Below, piece by piece: positions 24,065 through 32,705 of a DNA stretch of 64,000 nt. The stretch's first letter is position 1, and each line of letters opens with the position of its first letter. Made by a program: the position numbers and the translations under genes. This DNA comes from Gemmatimonadaceae bacterium (lineage in GTDB: Bacteria > Latescibacterota > UBA2968 > UBA8231), in NCBI GenBank assembly GCA_026706075.1, contig JAPOZM010000108.1:30685-94684 (forward strand), written 5' to 3'. The notes under the pieces were generated by a model, which searched no databases, had not been told where the DNA came from, and worked only from the letters and a program-made list of their open reading frames with translations.

Positions 24065-26041
24065 ATGGACCCCATCCCCCCCGACTACCGCGCCACCCTC
24101 CAGGAGCGCGATCTCGCCCGCGCCCCCGCCGGGCCCGACTCCACCGTCTCCCTGCGGGGGATCGCCGTGGGCTGCCTCCTGTGCGCGGTCATCGGCGTCG
24201 GGGTCCCGTACACGACCATGCTCCTGCGGGGGACGCCCATGGGGTTCTCCTCGAGCACGCCGGCGGCCTTCTTCCTGCTGTTCCTGGTCATGATCGTCCA
24301 TGTGCTGCTCCGCTGCTGCCGGCGCACCTGGGGGTTCACGCGGGGGGAGCTGATCACGGCCACGGTGATGATGATGGTGGCCGCGGCGATCCCCACGCGC
24401 GGTGTGACCGGCATGATCCTGCCCATGATCACGGGGATCTACTACTACGCCTCCCCCGAGAACCGGTGGGCCGAGCAGCTCCATCCGTACCTGGCGGAAT
24501 GGATGCTGATGGGCGATCCCGAGGCGGTGCAGGGACTCTACGAGGGCGGCATGCCGGTGCCCTGGGCCAGCTGGCTCCCGCCGCTGCTGGGGTGGCTGGT
24601 CTTCTACGCGGCCTTCTACCTGACCCTGGTCTGCGTCATGGCCATCCTGCGGCGCCAGTGGGTGGACCACGAGCGCCTGCCCTTCCCCATGGCCCAGGTG
24701 CCCCTGGCCCTGTTCCGGCAGGAGCGGGGCGCCATCCTGCCCGACGTCTTCCGGCGGCTGAGCCTGTGGGTCGGCTTCGCCGTGCCCGCGGTCGTGGGCG
24801 GCCTGCAGGGCCTGCAGCACTACCTGCCCGAGGTGCCGGTGCCCAACCTGGCGACCAGCGTCGACCTGCTTCCGGGGATGCCGGTGCGGATCGGGGTGAA
24901 CTTCCTGATGCTGGGCTTCGCCTGGTTCATCAACACCAGCATCGCCTTCAGCCTCTGGTTCTTCTACCTGCTCACCGCGGTGCAGAGGAAACTGCTGTAC
25001 ATGGCGGGGATCGACACGACCCACCTCGGCCAGGGCTACTGGACGGAGCCCATCCTCGGGCAGCAGGCGATGGGGGCCCTGATCGTGCTCATCGCCGCCG
25101 GGCTCTGGTACGCCCGCGGGCACCTGCGGGCCGTGTGGCGCAAGGCGGTCCGGGGGGACGCCTCGATCGACGACGGCGGCGAGATCCTCCCCTTCCGCTG
25201 GGCCGTCCTCGGCGGCGGCGGCGGCCTGGGGGGCATGACCGTGTGGCTGTGGCAGGCGGGAATGCCGGGCTGGGCGGCGCTGATCCTGGTGCTGTCGGCC
25301 CTCGTGATCTTCACCGGGCTGACGCGGGCCGTGGCCGAAGGGGGCATCCCCACGATCTCACCGGGCATGGTGGCGCCCGGCTTCGTGGTCGCCGCCGTGG
25401 GCGGGCCGGCCCTGGGTCCCGCCGGCCTGCTGGCGACCGGTCACAGCCTCGTGTGGTGCGGGGAGCTGCTGGTCTTCATGATGGCGCCCCTGGCCAACGG
25501 CCTGCGCCTGGGCAGCGAGACCTCCGGCAACCGGCGCCGGCTGCTGGCCGCCATCGCCCTGGCCATGCTGGTCACCCTCGCCGTGTCGATCTGGTTCACC
25601 CTGCGGCTGGCCTACCAACACGGCGGCCTGAACCTGCACGGCCAGTTCTTCGGCTCCTTCCCCCGCTACCCCGGGGAGCAGGCCATGTACCAGCTCGACA
25701 ACCCCACGGGGCCGAGCGTCACCGGCCTCCTGTGGATGCTCGGCGGCGGGGTGGTGATGACCGGCCTCATGGTGGCCCGCCATCACTTCGCCGCCTGGCC
25801 CCTGCACCCCCTCGGGTTCGCCGTCGCCCCGGGCTGGACCATGGGGGTCCTGTGGTCCTCCATCTGCCTCGCCTGGGTGGTCAAGCGCGCCGTGCTCCGG
25901 TACTGCGGAGCCCGGACCTACGAACGCACCAAGCCGTTCTTCGTGGGGCTGATCCTGGGGCAGTTGGTGATCGCCGGCCTGTGGTTGATCGTCGACTGCT
26001 TCACCGGCACGGTGGGCAACGTCATCCCCGTGTTCTACTGA
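24065..26041 (+). CDS. Large polytopic inner-membrane protein (658 aa); copy 2 of the tandem pair.
   Basis: ATG at 24065. It is colinear with copy 1 from residue 5 (PPDYRATLQERDLARA) to the C-terminus (GTVGNVIPV(L/F)Y*). The stop TGA at 26039-26041 abuts the manB stop. Confidence 0.8.
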   Translation: MDPIPPDYRATLQERDLARAPAGPDSTVSLRGIAVGCLLCAVIGVGVPYTTMLLRGTPMGFSSSTPAAFFLLFLVMIVHVLLRCCRRTWGFTRGELITATVMMMVAAAIPTRGVTGMILPMITGIYYYASPENRWAEQLHPYLAEWMLMGDPEAVQGLYEGGMPVPWASWLPPLLGWLVFYAAFYLTLVCVMAILRRQWVDHERLPFPMAQVPLALFRQERGAILPDVFRRLSLWVGFAVPAVVGGLQGLQHYLPEVPVPNLATSVDLLPGMPVRIGVNFLMLGFAWFINTSIAFSLWFFYLLTAVQRKLLYMAGIDTTHLGQGYWTEPILGQQAMGALIVLIAAGLWYARGHLRAVWRKAVRGDASIDDGGEILPFRWAVLGGGGGLGGMTVWLWQAGMPGWAALILVLSALVIFTGLTRAVAEGGIPTISPGMVAPGFVVAAVGGPALGPAGLLATGHSLVWCGELLVFMMAPLANGLRLGSETSGNRRRLLAAIALAMLVTLAVSIWFTLRLAYQHGGLNLHGQFFGSFPRYPGEQAMYQLDNPTGPSVTGLLWMLGGGVVMTGLMVARHHFAAWPLHPLGFAVAPGWTMGVLWSSICLAWVVKRAVLRYCGARTYERTKPFFVGLILGQLVIAGLWLIVDCFTGTVGNVIPVFY

Positions 26042-27382
26042 TCAGGCGCGGATCACGGCGAGCACCTCGTCGCGCTTCTCCTCCATGCGCCGCGGGCTCA
26101 GGGCCTCGAGGTTGAGGCGCAGCAGGGGCTCGGTGTTGGAGGCGCGCACGTTGAAGTGCCAGTCGTCGAAGCTGACGGAGACGCCGTCGAGGCGCTCGAT
26201 GCGGCCGTCGGCGTAGCGCCCGGCCAGCTCCTCCAGCTTTGCTGCGGGATCCGTTACCCGGGAGTTGATCTCCCCCGAGAGGAAGTAGCGGGACTCCAGG
26301 GGCGAGAGCAGCCGCGACAGGGAACCGCCGCTCTCCGACATCATCTGCATCAGCACCAGGGACGGCACGATGCCGGAGTCGGCGCCGTAGAAGTCGCGGA
26401 AGTAGTAGTGGCCGGACAGCTCGCCGGCGAAGACGCCGCCTTCGCGCAGCAGCCGCGGCTTGAGGAAGGAGTGGCCCACCCGTTCCTGGCGGGCCTCGCC
26501 CCCGGCGGCACGGATCTCGTCGCGCACGGCCCACGAGCAGCGCACGTCGTGGACGATGGTCCCGCCCCCCTCGCGGCGCAGCAGCCAGGCGCCCATCAGC
26601 GCCGTGAGGAAGTCGCCGGGGACGAAGCGGCCCCGGTCGTCGATGGCGAAGAAGCGGTCGCCGTCGCCGTCGAAGGCGAAGCCCGCGTCGGCGCCCTCGG
26701 CCGCAACCCGCCGCTGCAGCTCGGCGCGGTTCTCCTCCTGCATGGGGTCGAGGCCGTGGTTGGGCAGGGAGCCGTCGGGGTCGAGGTACATCCCCGTCAG
26801 CTCCACCGGCAGGCGTTCGTAGACGCGCTCGAGGATGGGGCCGACCATGCCGTTGCCGGTGTCGGCGACGATCTTCAACGGCCGCAGTCGGTCGACCTCC
26901 ACCATGGACAGGACCTTGTCGACGAAGCCCTCGCCCAGGTCGAGGCTCTCCACCCGGCCGGAGCCGGGGGCCGGGCGCCACTCCTCGGCCTCGATCAACC
27001 GCCGCAGGTCCTGGATGCCCTCGTCCCCGGACAGCAGGAAGGGCATCTCGCGCACCATCTTGAAGCCGCAGTAGTCGGGCGGGTTGTGGGAGGCGGTGAC
27101 CATGATCCCCGGCCGGCGGCGGGTGGCGCAGGCGTGGTAGTACTGGTCGGTGCTGACCATGCCGAGGTCGAGGATGTCCGCCCCCTGGCGCGTGAGCCCC
27201 TCCACGAGGGCGGCGCACACGGCGGGACTCGACAGCCGCATGTCGCGGCCGACGACGACCTGCGGCGGCCGCAGCAGGGAGGCGAAGGCGCGGCCCACGG
27301 CGAGAGCGGTGGACTCGTCGAGCTGGGAGGGGTAGAGGCCGCGGATGTCGTAGGCCTTGAAGATGGAGGGATCGACGCGCAT
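26042..27382 (-). CDS. manB: Phosphomannomutase/phosphoglucomutase (alpha-D-phosphohexomutase family).
   Basis: The N-terminus is MRVDPSIFKAYDIRG. The active-site Ser loop is VTASHNPPDYCGFK. The Mg loop is FDGDGDRF. ATG at 27380-27382. Confidence 0.9.
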   Translation of the reverse strand: MRVDPSIFKAYDIRGLYPSQLDESTALAVGRAFASLLRPPQVVVGRDMRLSSPAVCAALVEGLTRQGADILDLGMVSTDQYYHACATRRRPGIMVTASHNPPDYCGFKMVREMPFLLSGDEGIQDLRRLIEAEEWRPAPGSGRVESLDLGEGFVDKVLSMVEVDRLRPLKIVADTGNGMVGPILERVYERLPVELTGMYLDPDGSLPNHGLDPMQEENRAELQRRVAAEGADAGFAFDGDGDRFFAIDDRGRFVPGDFLTALMGAWLLRREGGGTIVHDVRCSWAVRDEIRAAGGEARQERVGHSFLKPRLLREGGVFAGELSGHYYFRDFYGADSGIVPSLVLMQMMSESGGSLSRLLSPLESRYFLSGEINSRVTDPAAKLEELAGRYADGRIERLDGVSVSFDDWHFNVRASNTEPLLRLNLEALSPRRMEEKRDEVLAVIRA

Positions 27383-27407
27383 GCCGTTAGTTTACCGCCG
27401 GGAGGGA

Positions 27408-27908
27408 ATGAGAGTGAAGAGACTGCTCGTCATGCGTCACGCCAAGTCCGACTGGTCGAGCCCCGACCGGGAGGACTTCGACCGCCCCCTGAACAAGCGC
27501 GGCCGCAAGGACGTGCCCCGCGTGGCCGGGTTCCTGGAGGCCTGCGCCGGGCCGCCCGACCTGGTGCTGGCCTCGGCGGCGGTGCGCGCCCAGGAGACGG
27601 CCGCCCGCCTCGTGGAGGAGCTGGAGGAGGGCCCGCAGCTGGTCCTCGACGGCCGCCTGTACATGTCCGGCCCGGAGACCCTCTCCGAGGTGCTGGCCGC
27701 CACGGCGGGAAAGGCCGGCACGGTCCTGGTCATCGCCCACAACCCCGGCATGGAGCAGTGGATCGCCCGGCTCACCGGGGCCCGCGTGCGCCTGCCCACG
27801 GCGGCCGTGGCCTGCGTCGACCTGGATACGCCCCGCTGGGAGGGTCCGCTGGAGGGAGAGTTGCAGTGGCTGGTCACGCCCCGGCTGCTGCGGAGCCTCG
27901 GCTGGTGA
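27408..27908 (+). CDS. sixA: SixA-type phosphohistidine phosphatase (histidine phosphatase superfamily, branch 1).
   Basis: ATG at 27408 follows GGGAGGGA. Motifs LLVMRHAKSDW (RHA catalytic motif) and VIAHNPG are present. The size, about 166 aa, fits. Confidence 0.75.
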   Translation: MRVKRLLVMRHAKSDWSSPDREDFDRPLNKRGRKDVPRVAGFLEACAGPPDLVLASAAVRAQETAARLVEELEEGPQLVLDGRLYMSGPETLSEVLAATAGKAGTVLVIAHNPGMEQWIARLTGARVRLPTAAVACVDLDTPRWEGPLEGELQWLVTPRLLRSLGW

Positions 27909-27930
27909 GCCAGGCGCCCGGAGACCCGGA

Positions 27931-28896
27931 CTACCTCTTGAAGTCCTCGATGATCCGGCGCAGCGCCTCGTCGAGATCGACCTTGGGGTCGTAGCCGATC
28001 AGGCCGCGGATCTTGCGCAGGTCGGGGGCGCGGTAGTCCAGGTCCTCGTAGAGGCCGCTGCGGCGCGTCTGGTCGTAGGGGATGAAGGCGATCTCGGAGT
28101 TGGAGCCGGTGAGCTCCTTGATCTTGTGCGCCAGGTCGCGGATGCTGCTCTCGTAGTTCGACCCGAGATTCAGGACCTCGCCCACCACCCGGTCGCTGGC
28201 GGCCATGGCCACGAGGCCGTCGACGGCGTCGTCGATGTAGGTGAAGCAGCGGCGCTGCTCACCGTTGTCGTAGACCGTGATCGGATCCCCCAGCATGGCC
28301 TGCTTGATGAAGCGCGGCACCACCATGCCGTAGCGCCCGGTCTGGCGCGGCCCGATGACGTTGAAGGGCCGCACGATCACCGTGGGCAGACGCTTCTCGC
28401 GCCAGTAGGCCAGGGCCAGCAGCTCGTCCACCGCCTTGGTGGTGGAGTAGCTCCAGCGCAGCACCGTCGTCGGCCCGAGGATGCGGTCGCTGTCCTCCTT
28501 GAAGGGCACGTGGCCGTTCTTCTTGCCGTAGATCTCGGAGGTCGAGGCCAGGACGACGCGCTTCTTGCGCTCGTTGGCCAGCTCCAGGAGGATCTCGGTG
28601 CCGCGGATGTTGGTGCTCAGCGTCTGCAGCGGGTTCTCCAGCACGTACTCGACCCCCACCGCCGCCGCCAGGTGGTAGATCAGCTCGCACTCCTCCACGA
28701 GGACGCGCATGACCTCGGCGTTGAGGATGTCGCCGATGTGGCAGGTGCAGCTCGGGTGGTCCTGCAGGTGCTGGATGTTCTCGATGAGGCTGGTGGAGAG
28801 ATTGTCGATGATGGACACCTCGTCCCCCATGGCCAGGTGGCGCTCGGCCAGGTGGGAGCCGATGAAGCCCGCCCCGCCGGTGATCAGGACCTTCAT
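27931..28896 (-). CDS. NAD-dependent sugar-nucleotide epimerase/dehydratase (extended SDR).
   Basis: The N-terminus is MKVLITGGAGFIGSHL. The YxxxK motif is in SYSTTKAVDE. ATG at 28894-28896 overlaps the upstream stop as ATGA. Confidence 0.85.
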   Translation of the reverse strand: MKVLITGGAGFIGSHLAERHLAMGDEVSIIDNLSTSLIENIQHLQDHPSCTCHIGDILNAEVMRVLVEECELIYHLAAAVGVEYVLENPLQTLSTNIRGTEILLELANERKKRVVLASTSEIYGKKNGHVPFKEDSDRILGPTTVLRWSYSTTKAVDELLALAYWREKRLPTVIVRPFNVIGPRQTGRYGMVVPRFIKQAMLGDPITVYDNGEQRRCFTYIDDAVDGLVAMAASDRVVGEVLNLGSNYESSIRDLAHKIKELTGSNSEIAFIPYDQTRRSGLYEDLDYRAPDLRKIRGLIGYDPKVDLDEALRRIIEDFKR

Positions 28897-29546
28897 GGCC
28901 GCCCTTCCACCAGGTAGTCCCGGCTCAGCGTCGTGACCCGCACGTGGCGCCAGCCCGCCGCCCGCAGGCCGTCCTCGACCTGGCGCCGGTCGTAGAAGAA
29001 CACGGGGCACCCCCTCGCCTTGAGCCGCAGCCAGCGTGTGGGCGTGCGCAGGCGCCAGCGGATGGGAAAGCTGAAGACGCCGCGGCCCGTGGTCAGCTGG
29101 CGCATGCGCGCCAGGACCGGGGCGGGATCGGGCACATAGTCGAAGAACCCGATCCCGAGGCAGATGTCGAAGTCGTGGGGCGCCTGCCACTGCAGGAACT
29201 CCCCCGCCTCGAACCGGCAGCGCCCGTCGACGCGGGCCTCGGCCGCCGCGGACCTGGCCATGTCGAGCATGGCCGGCGCCATGTCGAGGCCGGTGACGCG
29301 GGCGCCGCGGCGGGCGAACTCCACCGAATAGCGGCCGGAGCCGCAGCCCACGTCGAGGATCCGCTGGCCGGCGACGTCTCCGCAGCGGGCGAAGGTCAGG
29401 GCGAAACGCCGGTGAACGACGCCGCGGAACAGGGCGTCGATGCAGCGCCGGGCGAGGCCCTTGTCGGTGTCGTAGATGGCGTCGAAGCGCGCCGCCTCGC
29501 CGTCGAAGTGGCGGCGGACGGCCTCGACCGCGGCGGCTGCGCTCAC
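28893..29546 (-). CDS. Class I SAM-dependent methyltransferase.
   Basis: Motif I is ILDVGCGSGRYSVEFARRGARVTGLDMAPAML. The proposed GTG start at 29544-29546 overlaps the upstream TGA (GTGA) and the frame was checked. The start is less certain than the gene. Confidence 0.75.
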   Translation of the reverse strand: MSAAAAVEAVRRHFDGEAARFDAIYDTDKGLARRCIDALFRGVVHRRFALTFARCGDVAGQRILDVGCGSGRYSVEFARRGARVTGLDMAPAMLDMARSAAAEARVDGRCRFEAGEFLQWQAPHDFDICLGIGFFDYVPDPAPVLARMRQLTTGRGVFSFPIRWRLRTPTRWLRLKARGCPVFFYDRRQVEDGLRAAGWRHVRVTTLSRDYLVEGRP

Positions 29547-30412
29547 CCCGTCTCCGGTGACCCCGCCAGCGGCCACCCCCGGGCGGCGAGGACCTCGGCC
29601 GCCGTGGTGAAGGGGAAGTCGGACAGGAGTCGGCGCAACCGTTTTCCCGTGCGGGCCAGGTTGAGGTAGTGGGTCCAGGCGATGCGGCGCGGCATGGGGA
29701 TCCGGGGGTGCTCCGGATCGAGTTCCCAGGGGTGCAGGTAGAACACCGCCGGGTGGCCTTCGGCGGCGATCCGCCGGAGGCCGAAGTGGGTCACAATATA
29801 GGGGTAGAGCCGGAAGTAGGCACCACCGGCCACGGGCAGGTTGGCCCCGCCCAGACGCCAGGTCGAGGGCGGCAGCTCGACGATGCCGGCCCCGGTCTCG
29901 TGGGCCCAGCGCGGGGCCTCCGGGATCCCGTAGCGGTAGTTGCGCACCGGGAAGACGCTGGAGTCGTAGCGGATGCCGCACTCCCGGAGGATCTCGAAGG
30001 CCCACCCCGTCCCCCGCCGGATGGAGAAGTAGGGGGCGCGGAACCCCCGGACCGGCGCCGGGACCAGGCCCGCCAGGACCTCCAGCGAGCGCTCCAGGTC
30101 GGCGCGGAACGCCTCCGGCCCCATGCGGCTCACGAAGCCGTGGCCGTACCCGTGGGTGGCGATCTCGTGGCCCCGGGCGGCGATCTCGCGCACCAGGCCG
30201 GGGGCGGACTCCGCCGCCGCTCCCAGGACGAAGAAGGTGGCCCGCGCTCCGGCGGCGGCCAGCAGGTCGAGGAGCCGGTCCGTGCCCACCGCCACCCGGC
30301 TCTCGAAGCCCCCCCAGTCGGCGGCGTCGATCTCGAGGCCGTGGAACCAGTCCTCGAAGTCCACGGTGAAGGCGTGGACAGGGGATTCCGCCGCCCGGGG
30401 AGCGGCGGTCAC
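29543..30412 (-). CDS. Polysaccharide deacetylase family protein (DUF3473-containing, EPS/PEP-CTERM-locus type).
   Basis: Motifs are FTVDFEDWFH, ATFFVLG, HEIATHGYGH and RAPYFS. The proposed GTG start at 30410-30412 overlaps the upstream TGA. Confidence 0.8.
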   Translation of the reverse strand: MTAAPRAAESPVHAFTVDFEDWFHGLEIDAADWGGFESRVAVGTDRLLDLLAAAGARATFFVLGAAAESAPGLVREIAARGHEIATHGYGHGFVSRMGPEAFRADLERSLEVLAGLVPAPVRGFRAPYFSIRRGTGWAFEILRECGIRYDSSVFPVRNYRYGIPEAPRWAHETGAGIVELPPSTWRLGGANLPVAGGAYFRLYPYIVTHFGLRRIAAEGHPAVFYLHPWELDPEHPRIPMPRRIAWTHYLNLARTGKRLRRLLSDFPFTTAAEVLAARGWPLAGSPETG

Positions 30413-31500
30413 CGGGAGCCTCCGAGCTGACGCAGCATGGCCAGCAGCCGCGGCGCGTGCACGGCCAGGCCGTAGCGATCCTCCACCCGCTGCCGGCCGC
30501 GCTCGCCGAAGGCCCTGCGCAGGGCCGGGTCGCGGACCAGGCGCAGGAGGGCCGACTCCCAGGCGGCCTCGTCGGCGGCCAGGAGCCCGGTCTCGCCGTC
30601 GGCCACGATCTCGCCGTTGACGCCCACGGGATGGGCCACCACCGGCAGCGCCGCGGCCATGTACTGGAGGAGCTTGTAGCCCCCCTTCCCCCGCGTCCAC
30701 GGGTCGTCGGGCAGCGGCATGAGGCCGACCTCCCAGCCGCCCAGGTCCTCCGCCTCCCGCTCCAGGCTCCAGGGGCGGCACTCGACCTCCACCCCGTCGA
30801 GGCTCCACTCGGCCCCGACGACGCAGACCCGCACCGGCTCCTGCCGCGCCACCCGCCGCAGCGGCTCGGCGATCAGCTCCAGGTAGCCGGCGGTGGAGGC
30901 GCTGCCGATCCAGCCCAGCACCACCGGGCCCGTCCCCCCGTCGCGGCGGATCCCGGCGAAGGGCGCCGGGTCGATCGGTCCGGTGATGGTCAGCACCGGA
31001 CCGTAGCGCCCGGCGAACTCCCCCGTGTAGGGGTTCTCCACCACGGCGAGGCGGGCGAGGCGGAGCATGGCGGGCAGACCGGCGCAGGCGCGCCGCTGCC
31101 GCCAGCGGGCCAGGAGGCCGCCGGAGCGCCCCCCGGTCTCGGTGGTGAAGATGGCGTCGTCGAAGTCATAGACCACGGGCACCCCGGTGCGGTGGATCAG
31201 CCAGCGCACCGGCGCCGGGAAGATCACCTTCTGCAGGAACAGGGCGTCGGCGCCCCGGGCGCGGCGCCAGGCCCGCAGGCCGCAGGCCGCGTTGCGCCAG
31301 GCGGCGCCCAGGTAGTAGAGGGCCTTGGCCAGGGGCCGCCGGGAAGCCGCCAGCTGCGAGCCCCCCAGGGCCTCGTCGGGCAGCACGGTGAGAACCTCGC
31401 AGTCGACGCCGTGGGCCCGCAGGTGGGGCAGGTACTGGAAGACGCGGGTGCGGCTGCTGGCCGCGCGCGGGCCGTACTTGGTGACGAACAGGACGCGCAC
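30409..31500 (-). CDS. Glycosyltransferase family 4 (GT-B, Glycos_transf_1).
   Basis: The N-terminus is (GTG)MRVLFVTKYGPRAASSRTRVFQY. The C-terminal motif GGYKLLQYMAAALPVVAHPVGVNGEIV...GLL is the E-x7-E-like GT4 region. Confidence 0.8.
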   Translation of the reverse strand: MRVLFVTKYGPRAASSRTRVFQYLPHLRAHGVDCEVLTVLPDEALGGSQLAASRRPLAKALYYLGAAWRNAACGLRAWRRARGADALFLQKVIFPAPVRWLIHRTGVPVVYDFDDAIFTTETGGRSGGLLARWRQRRACAGLPAMLRLARLAVVENPYTGEFAGRYGPVLTITGPIDPAPFAGIRRDGGTGPVVLGWIGSASTAGYLELIAEPLRRVARQEPVRVCVVGAEWSLDGVEVECRPWSLEREAEDLGGWEVGLMPLPDDPWTRGKGGYKLLQYMAAALPVVAHPVGVNGEIVADGETGLLAADEAAWESALLRLVRDPALRRAFGERGRQRVEDRYGLAVHAPRLLAMLRQLGGSR

Positions 31501-31553
31501 GGCGGCGCCGACCGGGCGCTACGGCCCGCGCGGGGCGGCGCGCCCGGCCTCCA

Positions 31554-32705
31554 TCAGCCCGCCGCCGCCGGTTGCCGGCGCTCGCCCTCGGCGAAAGCCC
31601 GCACCGCGGCGATGACGCGGTCCTGATGCTCGTCGGTGAGACCCGGGTAGAGGGGGATGGACAGGATCCGCTCCCACACCCGCTCGGTCACCGGCAGGCG
31701 GGTGGTATAGGGGCGGAAGAGCCGGTAGAGGTGGTTGGGGTAGAAGTGGACGTTGGAGTCGATCCCGCAGGCGTCGAGGTGGGCGAAGAGACCGTCGCGG
31801 TCGTCGACCTGGATGACGGCGTTGTAGCAGGCGCTGACGGCGTAGTCCCTGGAGGCCAGACAGTCGACGCCGTCGAGGCCGGAGAAGGCCTCGCGGTAGC
31901 GGTCCATCAACTCCCGCCGCCGCTGGTTGTTGGCCTCCAGGCTGTCCATCTGCGCCAGGCCCAGGGCGGCGGCGAGGTCGTTCATCTCGTACTTCCAGCC
32001 CACCTCCTCGACCTCGTACATCCACGAACGCTTGGGCTGCCCCGGCCGGAAGCGCTCCCACGTGGGCCGGGTGATGCCGCACCAGCGCAGCTTGCGCACC
32101 CGTCCGGCCAGTGCCTCGTCTCCGGTGACCAGCATGCCGCCGTCGCCGGTGGTCATGTTCTTGGTCGCCTGGAAGCTGAAGCAGCCCACGTCGCCGAGGG
32201 AGCCGAGGCGGCGGCCCCGGTAGATCCCCCCGCAGCCGTGAGCGGCGTCCTCGACCACGGTCAGCCCGTGGGCGGCGGCCAGCTCCAGGACGGGGTCCAT
32301 GTCGCAGGCCTGGCCGCCGTAGTGGGTGACGACGATGGCCCGGGTGGTGGGGGTGATCTTCCGGGCCACATCGTCGACGCTGAGGTTCAGGGTGTCGGGC
32401 TCGATATCGCAGAACACGGGGCGCCCGCCGGCGAGCAGGATCGCCTGGGTCGAGGAGACCCAGGTCAGGGAACTGGTGAGGACCTCCTGGCCCTCGACCT
32501 CTGCGCACAACAGGCCCAGGTGAAGGGCCGCCGTTGCCGAGTTGAGGGCCACCGCGTGGTCGACGCCGATGTACTCGGCGAAGCGCTCCTCGAAGCGGAT
32601 GCTGCGCGGCCCCCGGCCGACCCAGCGGCTGTCGAGGGTCTCGCACAGGGCGGCCTTCTCGGCGGCGCCGATGGTGGGGCGGAAGAGCTGGATGCGCTCG
32701 CTCAA
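31554..32705 (-). CDS. DegT/DnrJ/EryC1/StrS-family sugar aminotransferase (PLP-dependent).
   Basis: Motifs are IQLFRPTIG, AVALNSATAALHL, VTHYGGQACDMD and the PLP-Lys region CFSFQATKNMTTGDGGML. The proposed TTG start at 32703-32705 overlaps the upstream TGA (TTGA). Confidence 0.85.
   Translation of the reverse strand: MSERIQLFRPTIGAAEKAALCETLDSRWVGRGPRSIRFEERFAEYIGVDHAVALNSATAALHLGLLCAEVEGQEVLTSSLTWVSSTQAILLAGGRPVFCDIEPDTLNLSVDDVARKITPTTRAIVVTHYGGQACDMDPVLELAAAHGLTVVEDAAHGCGGIYRGRRLGSLGDVGCFSFQATKNMTTGDGGMLVTGDEALAGRVRKLRWCGITRPTWERFRPGQPKRSWMYEVEEVGWKYEMNDLAAALGLAQMDSLEANNQRRRELMDRYREAFSGLDGVDCLASRDYAVSACYNAVIQVDDRDGLFAHLDACGIDSNVHFYPNHLYRLFRPYTTRLPVTERVWERILSIPLYPGLTDEHQDRVIAAVRAFAEGERRQPAAAG

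Larger units (their letters stand above)
22009..26097. repeat. Direct tandem duplication, two units of about 2.05 kb (about 22009-24039 and about 24061-26097).
   Basis: Nucleotide similarity starts at ccccATG, upstream of both membrane-protein genes. It continues through both stops and a further 53-56 nt beyond them. Confidence 0.8.

Noticed and set aside
21956-25123. Upstream 1056 codons of the 1579-aa minus-strand ORF 20384-25123, and the 1190-aa plus-strand ORF 22543-26115.
   Set aside because: Only the last 523 codons (20384-21955) look like a real protein (AAA-ATPase_like/PDDEXK_9). The remainder is a shadow frame across the two plus-strand membrane-protein genes. It has repetitive HGDPPQGDGG/RRRARGEPHGRPPQEHGR strings that simply mirror the tandem duplication.
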